Assembly: GCA_047495785.1 (NCBI GenBank)
Contig: JBLDXI010000029.1
Span: 1,674,001-1,738,000, forward strand
Reading direction: 5' to 3'
Source of the DNA: Lepidodermella squamata
Taxonomy: Eukaryota; Animalia; Gastrotricha
DNA: 64,000 nucleotides
Below, piece after piece: positions 11,503 to 21,268 of the stretch. Position 1 is the stretch's first letter; every line of letters starts with the position of its first letter. The notes beneath the pieces are model-generated. The model was not told where the DNA came from and searched no databases. It saw only the letters and a program-made list of their open reading frames with translations. Position numbers and translations under genes: made by a program.

Positions 11503-12371
11503 AATACTTGAAATTCCGATTGTTGATGATCCTGAACCGTGACGATCGTAATGCAATACTCTGAAGTTGCTATTATGTATTTATTATTTATTAATTTATT
11601 ATGAGTATCAGCGCAATTTTTTCACAATTACCAATTGGAATAAAGTTGGAAGGCGAATAAAACGCGGGATATGACTTTTTTACTCGTTTTGTTTCAATTT
11701 CAGGCAAATAAACGTATTTTAGCGGTATTCGTGGATTTATTTTTGCTGAATAAACTTTTTCAGGCTGGCTTCATCATTTTACAGTACCCTATAACAATAA
11801 ATCATTAGAAAACGCAATAAATCCGAAGATTCTGCTTTCCGTGCCAAAAATATAAAAATCTGCCCACGAATTATCTAACTGATAGATCTCCATATTACGC
11901 GTGAACAGTCATTTGAAGAGTTTTTAAGTTGTTTAGCCTTCAGAGCCTGTTGGTTCCAAGTATCAAGTTACAAATCAGTGTCTTCTCAGATATCAACCGT
12001 CAAGGAACTTTAAACTTTGATTCCAATAAGAATATAGGACCCTAAAAATATTGATATTCCTAAAACCAAAGTCATCGCAAAGCCCCTCAACAAAAATAGG
12101 ACGACTGTGCCCGCAAATAAACCGGACTTCTAGACAGGCCGATAGATTACAAGACGAAGCTTCGGCGATTTTAATAACAGGTTGAATAGAGCGGTCTTCA
12201 AAGCAAGCCCGAACTGAAAAATGTCGATGATCATTTTAAATAATGAGTAAATTGAAAGAAAAAGCGATCAAAATAGAAGAATGGAATACATACTAAGGTG
12301 GATTTTTTATTCCATTTTCAGGTGCTCGACAAATTAATATTTTAGAATTTTTGCGAATAAGAGGATATATG

Positions 12372-14181
12372 TCAGCTCAGGCCGAGGCATACAACTTCCC
12401 GCTCTGAAAGTGCGGCAATAATGTAAGCATTTCCGATGGCATCGACTGGAGTCGTGACAGCTCGAACCCAAGGCGCGTATATTTTGTCCGGCTTCTTCGT
12501 GTCCCCGTGCAAATTGATCGAAATAGAGCCAGCTGTAGGAACCATCGTCGCTAGTATTGGATTTGACGTCCACAAATGCTGCCACGGCTTGTTTTCAGTA
12601 TTTTCCTTATTGAGCTCAAATAGCTGAAGAAAAGGAAATAATAATAGTAAAAAATTACCATCCAAAGATCAGTGATAAAAATAAAAATAATAAAATTTAG
12701 ACGCGGGAAAAGAATTCGTCGAGAAGATAACATTTCGCATTTTTGGGGAATTTATTTTCGAAAGTTTGAAATAAACAATGAAAATTTAATTTTTATCTCA
12801 CTTGAACTCGATCATTGAGGCCATCAGCAATCCAAAGTGCGCCATCAGACTCGGAAAAGTAGACACCCAATGGGTAATTAAAATGCGCATCATCGCGTCC
12901 TTTTTCGGCGGAAAAGGTTTGTCCTAGTGCGGAGTCGACCTGTGAGTTGCCAATTCTCGAAATTCTGAAAATCATTAATCGATGCAACGAATCGACAACG
13001 GCAAGATGAGTAGTCGCCAAGTCTGATTGGTCGACGAACGCCGAGCAGTTAAACGGCTGAAAATCGACTGATTGCTGAATTTCCGTGATTTTCTCGCCAT
13101 TTTCCAACGACCAAACGCTAATTGAATTCGGCCGAAATCGATGGCAGACGAATAACAGGCCTTTTTTAGCCGCAAGCCCGAAAAACCATCGATAAAGTCC
13201 ATCACTTAATTTTTCAGGTTTTACGAAAGGCTTCAAATTTCGATCCAAGTCGACGATTTTTGGCTCTGGAGGTGGCTCGAAGCTAGCTATTGAACTTTTC
13301 GATTTCGCCAAGGCGTCACTCTCATCGGTGTTAATGATATTTGTCTCCGGTATATCGGTCAAATTTCTTGGACTCACCCCGGTCGACGGTGGTTCTGAAG
13401 TCAGGGCGTTGTTGACCAGCGAAGAGCGACGCCGGGATGACGGCTTTTGGGGTATATCTTGAACCCGTCTGCCTTCGTGTTCTACGGCTGAGAGTGAGAC
13501 CCAATACACGCCTGATTCAGCCGGGTGAAGGGTGAAATATATTAGGCCGGTATCGAGGTCCATAGCAGCGTGGCAAATTAGCGCTTTTTTGAGCTCGTCG
13601 GGGAAAACGACCTTTGCTTGCCATTCAATCTGAGCCATAGTCGCTTTTGAATCATCTGTTTTGATTGCCTAGGAAAGCATTGAAAGCTTGGAATTATTTA
13701 ACAAATTTCAATTACAATTCGGAATTTTGAAATTTAGTAATTTCACATTTAATTTTTTGACGAAGTGACAGTGAAATTCGCAAACAGTTTTATCGAATTG
13801 TCTCCCGATTTTTCATCATCGAAATTTCTGACTCGAAAATTACATCTATTATTTTTGGCTGAATTAAAGTAGTTTTTCACTTACGGAAATTGTCCCGTCT
13901 TCAGAAATAGCCAGTACAAGGTTCGATTGTTGTAGTAAAATCAAACTGATAACACTCGCCGGCGGGTCGAACCATTTTTTCGCCTTGTGGACGGCCAGCC
14001 GCTTCAGCCTAGCCCAGTAAATGTCTCTCACAGGCTTTGCCACCACATCTTCAGGAGCAGGAGCGCTTTTCTGGGCATTATCACTATCGTGTTTCGGCGA
14101 GGTTACAAGTTCGGAATTAGCTGCTGCCGGTGGTGCTTTACGAGGCGAAGATGGTACCCTGGTAAGAGGCGCTTTCGACAT
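12372..14181 (-). CDS. NHL-repeat / beta-propeller protein (exons 14181-13885, 13668-12802, 12623-12372; 471 aa)
   Basis: Two phase-0 GT-AG introns join three ORFs. NHL-like motif FNYPLGVYFSESDGALWIADGLNDRVQ. Confidence 0.75.
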
Positions 14182-15122
14182 TTTCTACCGCTTCTCATCC
14201 AGCCAGCTCAGCTCTTTACACGTGTGTGATAGTATTGGAACCTGAAACTGCGTTTTTATTGATTCATTTTGCGGTGTTCTTGCATTTTATTCTTTCTCAT
14301 CATTCATTATTCATCCAGGAGTGAAGCACTCGATTGGCGCGTCTCCAATGCATAGTTCAACCTCCAATCGATTAATTAACCTTTTCATGTTACAGCTTCA
14401 AACTTGAGGCTAGATTCGTTAACAGTGACAATATTTGGTTGAATTTGAATATACGCAATCATAAATCGAAGAAATGAATTGCTTTTATACAATATTTTAG
14501 AGGATAAATTGCCTTGAAAGCCATTATTGGGAATAATATAAATTGATTCACACAAATTCCTAAATGTAAGGTTATTCATCGGATATTTCTACCCATCAGA
14601 TTCAGTAGTCCAGATTTCCAGGCCTTTGAATCCTGTTGGATAGCCGCCAAGATCATAGGAAATCGAAATCCAGGTGAAATCCACGCCACACAGCCCATTT
14701 TAAAATTAACATTAAATTTTGCATCCATCAGCCATCAAAATTCATCCATCCTAATTAAAATACTGCATTTGACCATCCTGAAAGTGCACACAGTTCGCCA
14801 GACGCATGTCACCTTGCTCTGCCACTTTAATCGATAAAAAAACTTGTGCGACGTGTCACATCGGAAGTTTGCGCGTAAACCTTAGCAATAAACTAAGCGC
14901 ACGCGAGAGAGAAAAAACAGCTAATAAAAATCTTCGTCATCCGCGCACTTGTTGTTGTTAGTTCAAATGATGATTATGATGACGGGTAGAAAACAACGCC
15001 CGGTGTCACATTTCACCATAGAGAGACTATAGCGCTAACCCCTAGCGAGATTTGACATCGCATAGTGTCAATTATTTTCACCCGGTTATTTTTGTATTAT
15101 TTTGAACAAAAAAATATCAACC

Positions 15123-16898
15123 ATGGGAGTATGCCAGTCGCAGGCCGCTGTCAAAACTGCTGAGCTCACTGCTGGTGTCACGCCGCCGGGCAATACCATC
15201 GGCGCGGAGATAAAGAAGCGGCTTAATTCGATCGGGAAAAAGAAGCCGACCGCCGCTGTTGCGTCGAAGCTGCCGAAAAAGCCGTCGGCTGGCAATTTGA
15301 AACGCGCCTCCATGGAGTCGAGCGAGTCGGTCGGCCTGCAGATGCGGCCGGCGGCGAATTCGGATCATTTCCACATGGAACTGCTCAAGTTGACGACGGA
15401 GGAAATTGTGCTGCTGTTCGAAACGTTCGAGCCAATCAAAAATAAGCGCGATTTAATCGCGGATGAAATTTATAAAAGGTTTCTCTCTTCATCTTTCATT
15501 TCAACTGAAATGTAATTTGCCGATTTCGTTTACAGTTTAAAAAGCAAGGTGCCCGGTGCTACCGACATCATGGACAAAATAGATCAACGCAACGACTCGT
15601 GGGAGAAAATTCCTCAAAGTGAGTCTCAGCTTTAAAATAGTTTCTTAACCCATTATATAGAGGGGCTCAGATAACAGATGAGAGAATTATCATTTCAGCT
15701 GTCGGAATTTTCTAAGAACATTGACATTCAAACTTCTTAAGATATTTTTCATAGAAAATCAAGGTCATTTTAACAAGTTCGAACATTGGACTGAATTTTA
15801 GGTATTGGATAGTAAATTGTGTAGTTTAGAGGTGTATGCAAATTCCAAAGCTGTCATCTTTCATCTTTCAGCCACTATTTTGCACACTATTTAAATCATA
15901 TTGGCTTGATTTAGCTTCATTTTACTTATCTGGCATATTCCAATTTCGAGCATTTCAGAGACGGAAACTAGCGGGAAAGCCTGAATTTAAATACTATCAA
16001 TTTTTAACTTGTGAACGCCGCTAGGGCTTCAATTCGATTTAGAGAACTGTTTGATGCAACCGGATGAAAACTTGAAGGTTGGAGACATCTCAAAATCTTT
16101 TTTGTGATATGAAGTTGAGGAAATTTAAAACTTGAATGATGATGATGGCTGGTCAGAGAAAATTGATCAGCTCAGTCGCCTTTTCAGGAAAATGCATATG
16201 TTTCGAAAACAATCTATTACATTTCTTCACTTTCTTTACCCTCTTTACAATTGGATGGTTAAAATTTAGGTTAAATTGAGGGTCAATAATCTATTTTAAT
16301 CAATTAGTTTCTTTGCTCGATTTGTTCCTTGATCTATGAATAGTATTTCTTAACTGTCTGTTTCTTTCCAGCTATCGTGCTTCTAAGTGGCGTGGAGAAG
16401 TGTTTACTGCGAATCAGAGACAAGCGCCGTGTCGAGGAATACCTGCGCAAATTAGTCGTCAGCCACGTGAAACACTTTGATGTATCAAAACAAATGTTCC
16501 TCGATGGCCTTGATGCAACTGGGGCCGTTGTGCTCAAACACATCGGCCAGCACCACACCCCACCTCCGAAGCCCGAAGACGACGAGACAACCCCGAAACA
16601 CATCTGGCAAAACTGTACCATCTGTACGACATGGGCTCGTTTCTTCGAACTGCTGCATAAATCGCTAGAGAAAATTAATACGGAATCACGAGGACACATG
16701 GCACTTTCGAAAGCAATTTCCGCTCCGGTCGGCTACGTCCTACCCCCTACTGCCATAGCGTTAGACGCTGAGGTGTGCCCGATCGAGGAGCACGCACCTG
16801 CTGGCATTCAAAAGAGCCTACCCCTAGCTGTAGAATGTCCAGTCTCATCCCTTCGCCAGCAGACGATTGCTGAAGAAGCGCCCGAAGATGCAACTTGA
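15123..16898 (+). CDS. N-acylated globin-like protein 1 (exons 15123-15478, 15536-15618, 16372-16898; 321 aa)
   Basis: MGVCQS N-terminus. A helix LTTEEIVLLFETF; phase-2 intron at B12 (IYK-S); C2 Pro; E7 Gln; F-helix LRKLVVSH (proximal His) followed by FDVSKQMF; H helix W..FF. Confidence 0.75.
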
Positions 16899-17249
16899 TG
16901 ACTCATTTTTCAGTTTCTTCTTATATTTAATAACTTTGATCTCATCACATACATACTCTTGATATGTTGCAAAGACACATTGATTTTTCTTCTCAGTAAA
17001 AAAGCTGGTCATTTATGCATGCGTGATGGTGCACGAAGTTTTTGAAACAGGACCCGAAACACAGCCCACTCGTCGTCGCTCTGTCTCGTGTCGAATTACG
17101 CGCGATGAGCAGCCATATATCATTATTAGCCGCCATACTTACCTTACCTGTGTATGTGAGTGTGTCAATCCAATTTCTGTAATATACGCAAAGTGACGAC
17201 GAGAAAAAAGCGCGCTCACAGCAGACGACACCTATGTTTGTCATTTTGT

Positions 17250-18367
17250 ATGGGCGCATGCTTAGCACCGACTGCTGTTGTAGCTGCTGGAGAAGATCCG
17301 AATCGACAAGGCCCGAATCGACAGTACGCAGGTCGTTACGTTGGCCCTAAGCGTATGACCCCTATCATCGAACTGACTTGCGATACACGACTTGACTCGA
17401 CTCTGTCAGTTACTACTAATTTGTCCCAGCCCAAGCAGAAGAATTCCAACGCTTCCGACCACGCTGATCAGGAAAATAAAGCCCCATCTATTCACCAACC
17501 GATTCATCACTCAGTTTCAGCTCAACTCTCTATCAGACCCCGAGCACCTCCCCAGCCAAATCCTCCAGAAATGCTGAAATCCATCGATAAACCCGACCAA
17601 TTCACTCCAGATGTTATTGCAATCTATCGCAACTCTTACAACAACATCACGGGAGCTGATAAGAAGGCCCTAGCCCTTAACACATTCAAAAAGTAAGCCA
17701 AAATAAGTTTTTATTAAGGTTTTAGTAACCCACTGCTAATCAAGTCGTCTACAAAGCGTAGATGCCCTGGAAGTTTAAACAGACAGCTTGATTAGCTCAA
17801 TTGGAAATCCTAATTTTCGAATTTTCCCTAACTCCGGAGTATACTATGCCTTAAACTACTATGCTCCAATGACTACTTTTACAAATTTTACAAATTTTTC
17901 TCAGGCTCATACGGACTATGCCTAGCGCTGCAACCTGTTTTGCTGCAGCTGCGGCGACTGCTTCAGAAGACGACGCCAAAGACACTTTGGATGGCGATGG
18001 GACTTCAAGCTTAATCCGAAAAGGACAGTCCCTACTCGGCGATCTTGAAGTTTGTCTGATGAGCCTCCATGACCCGAAACTGTTCAACACATGCACTGTT
18101 AACATCGCTCAACGGCAACACAGCTGGGTCGTTTCCAGGCAGATTCTACGAGTTGCAATTTTCGCGTTGGAAAGTGAAGTCCTCGCTACCATAAAAGCCC
18201 TATCCGACAAAATGCCACCTGACTGCAAGTGCAACTGCTCGGACCCGTATTCTGACAACTTTGTCGAATGCTTCATGTGTGATAGTTGGAAAAAGTTTTT
18301 TCAATTCCTCTTCAATCAATTCGTGTCAAAAATCAACCGACGACGTGTTACAAATGCTACGTGCTAA
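17250..18367 (+). CDS. N-acylated globin-like protein 2 (exons 17250-17692, 17905-18367; 301 aa)
   Basis: MGACLA N-terminus. A helix FTPDVIAIYRNSY; same B12 phase-2 intron; MPSAATCF (C2 Pro, CD1 Phe). LLGDLEVCL and CFMCDSWKKFF align with paralog 1. Confidence 0.7.
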
Positions 18368-18889
18368 ATGCCTGAAGTTGCGTGAACTCAATGCGTGTTA
18401 ATTGAGCGATTTGTGCTATCCGCTGCCAGTCTTTGTGCGATTGAGATTTCTCAATCTTGAAATATGTCTGGGATTGTGTTGATCTGATATACTAAGTCTA
18501 ATTTCTCAATGTAAATAGCGTGTGGATACAACAAGGATGCTTTTTCTCAGGTTTACTAAATGGCCGGGTCAGGTTAGAAACTATGGATTAAGAGAGATTT
18601 TCAGAATACATTCTCAGTTCGCGTGACTTGGAATGTTCGCGGACGACTTTTTGAGAAATTCCAGGCGAGGCGGTGTCAAAGGACTAGCTGTAAATGCGAA
18701 TCTGCTGCGGCTTGTAATTTTGTTATTATTATCGTTATTAATATTAATGTGGAATTCATGCCTGAGTATTTTTCATAACGACGTTTTTTTGCGTATCGAC
18801 CGCACACACTCACGTTATACAGTTTTTGCCAGACCTGCATTTTTCTCTTGGTAAATTTTTCAGCTGTAAAAGCAAGTAGAAAAAATACC

Positions 18890-19651
18890 ATGGCTGATTT
18901 AACTCATCTGCGGGAACTTGTTGATAGCGGTGATCTCGAGCAGTTGAAAAAGGTCTTCGGATCTCCTGCTGATATTCTCAAGCACAAGTTCGAGTTTAAA
19001 TTTGATGTTAGCGTTGAAAACCAAACAGCTCTACACCGAGCCATCTTAGCTGGCCAGCTCGAGGTCGCCAGATACTTGATGTCTGACAAGGAGGCTCTGA
19101 AGGAGCACGTTAACGACAAGGATGACTTGGGCTACACACCCTTAATCGAGGCAGTCTCGGCGAAACAAAGCTACGTCGAGATTGCGCAGGCGCTCATCGA
19201 CGCCGGTGCTACGATTGTGATTTCAAACAGCTGTAACTGCTTGATAGTTGCAGCAGCCCAGGACAAACCAGAAATGGTGCACCTGTTGCTGGAAGCTCTG
19301 AAAAAGCAGAACAAGCTGGAAGAAGTGAATAGTGGGGACCAATCTGGCGAAACTCCTCTGATGAAAGCAGCCACGAATGGAAATGTAGGCATGATTGAGG
19401 ATTTGCTGAAATACGGAGCTGATGCGACGAAGGTTTCTGGCCCTGAATACCCCTATTCAGCTCTTCTTTATGCTGTAAAGTACGCCAAGGAGGAGAGTCG
19501 GCTGGCCACAATTAAACTGTTGGCTGATATTTACAGACAAAAGGATCCAAAATTGTTTGAATTTAAAGACAGTGATGGAAAAACAGCGCTTGATTTGGCG
19601 AAGGAAGCTGGCTATGCGGACGTTGTCGAGGAACTGAGTCGAACTGCCTAA
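18890..19651 (+). CDS. Intronless ankyrin-repeat protein, soluble
   Basis: Ankyrin motifs TALHRA, GYTPLIEA, GETPLMKA, GKTALDLA. ATG chosen by the MADL start shared with paralogs. Confidence 0.9.
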   Translation: MADLTHLRELVDSGDLEQLKKVFGSPADILKHKFEFKFDVSVENQTALHRAILAGQLEVARYLMSDKEALKEHVNDKDDLGYTPLIEAVSAKQSYVEIAQALIDAGATIVISNSCNCLIVAAAQDKPEMVHLLLEALKKQNKLEEVNSGDQSGETPLMKAATNGNVGMIEDLLKYGADATKVSGPEYPYSALLYAVKYAKEESRLATIKLLADIYRQKDPKLFEFKDSDGKTALDLAKEAGYADVVEELSRTA

Positions 19652-20108
19652 TTTTTTGTTCCTGGTTCTATGACTCATGATAAGTACATTGAACTGCCAT
19701 TGCACGGATTGAAATAAGCTAAATGTTTCAAATTATCACATTTCAATATGGGAAATTCCGCATATTTTAATTGTTTCACTCAATAAATTATCCGATTCTT
19801 GAAATGCGTCGGGTTTTCGTCTGGCTTTAATAAATAACTTTGAAAGTAGGACGCGGTGTTTTTTATTGATCGTTGTCAGAGTTTACGCAGCTAGCTTTTA
19901 GCTTTCATACGTATGTTTTAGCGCCTGCACGGATTTTTTGCCTCTCAGTGCCAGATATACAAATACCTGTTATAAAAAATCTTCTTATTGTATATAACTA
20001 GTATACCCTGTAGAGAAATTCCGCCTCTATACACGCAATCTATTACTTACAAGAAGATATAATTCCCTTGTATTTATTTTCCCTACAGCAAAGAATAATT
20101 ATTTATTG

Positions 20109-20999
20109 ATGGCTGACCTTCTACTTCTCCGAAAATGTGCCGAGACTGGGGATCTTGCGAAAATTAAAGAGGTCTTTGGAACTCCAGCGCTGATTTTGAA
20201 GCATAAATTCGCCCAGGACGAGTACGAATGCAACGAGAATGCAACTGCCCTACATCGAGCTGCAGCAAAAGGTCAATTAGAGGTGGTAAAATACTTACTC
20301 TCCGATAAAGCTGCGACTCAGGAACATGTTGACGACGTTGATAGCCGGGGTTACACGGCTTTAACTGAAGCTGTTTCATTCGGGTCGATCGAACTCATTG
20401 CAGCTATGGTAAAAGCTGGTGCAAAGATGGAGATATTCCCTGGGGCCTCGATCAGCGCATTGGTCACTGCCGTATGCATGGATCGGCTCGATTTGGTTCA
20501 ATTTTTACTACAAGAGCTAAAGATTCAAAATAAGCTGGACACCATCAATGATACCGATAGTAATGGCGAGACTGCTCTGATGAAAGCTGCGCAGAATGGG
20601 AATCCGGTTATCATCGAAGAGCTGCTGAAACTTGGAGCGGATTGTTCTCCCAAATCTGAATCTTCTCAGCGAACAGCTCTTCATTATGCTGTGAATATGT
20701 ACGGTAAAGAGGAAGATCGCATCAAGTGTGTTAGGCTGATTGCTGACGCGATGCGAAGACGAGATCAAACGATGCTGGATTTGAAAGATAGCGATGGCTT
20801 GACAGCTCTAGATTTGGCGAAGCAAGGCGGCAATAGAGATGTGATCATAGAGCTTGGCGGTGCTGTCGATGAGCCGAAACCGACTGTCATATCAGAGGCT
20901 GCTTCGCCTCTGGCGAATCTCACGATTCTTACAGCTGGCATTCCTGTTCTACTTGCAGCAGCTGCTGTGGGAATGTGGCTCTACAAAAGGAGCAAATGA
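20109..20999 (+). CDS. Intronless ankyrin-repeat protein with C-terminal membrane anchor
   Basis: Ankyrin motifs; ends ILTAGIPVLLAAAAVGMWLYKRSK. Confidence 0.9.
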   Translation: MADLLLLRKCAETGDLAKIKEVFGTPALILKHKFAQDEYECNENATALHRAAAKGQLEVVKYLLSDKAATQEHVDDVDSRGYTALTEAVSFGSIELIAAMVKAGAKMEIFPGASISALVTAVCMDRLDLVQFLLQELKIQNKLDTINDTDSNGETALMKAAQNGNPVIIEELLKLGADCSPKSESSQRTALHYAVNMYGKEEDRIKCVRLIADAMRRRDQTMLDLKDSDGLTALDLAKQGGNRDVIIELGGAVDEPKPTVISEAASPLANLTILTAGIPVLLAAAAVGMWLYKRSK

Positions 21000-21268
21000 G
21001 AAAATGAGCTATTGTAAAATTGTTATCGGCAGAATTATTACCGCATAGTACCGACATTTTAATTCATGAATAATACATCTTTTTTTAAATAATAAAATAG
21101 TGAACAGAGCGACGTTTCGACTGGTGATTTATTTTTGCTTGTCACTGAGAATCTATTGAGACTCGATGAAAGATTCACTTCCGTTGAAATGGTAATTTAC
21201 AATGTTGAATGTTGAACATTGAACACGTGGTCCAATGTTAAAAGCACCCCGAAGAAGTGGTCCAAGCT

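Larger units (their letters stand above)
6553..11884 (+). mobile_element. Candidate Crypton-like tyrosine-recombinase element with cargo genes (boundaries provisional)
   Basis: Intact YR gene, co-oriented compact cargo ORFs, subterminal tandem arrays, and a 10-bp direct repeat CTAACTGATA at 6553 and 11875. No RT/RNase H seen, so not DIRS-like. Confidence 0.55.

Noticed and set aside
12372-18367. NHL gene and globins as further cargo of the YR element
   Set aside because: Different intron style, outside the candidate direct repeat, and no terminal feature beyond them. Not excluded without other element copies.
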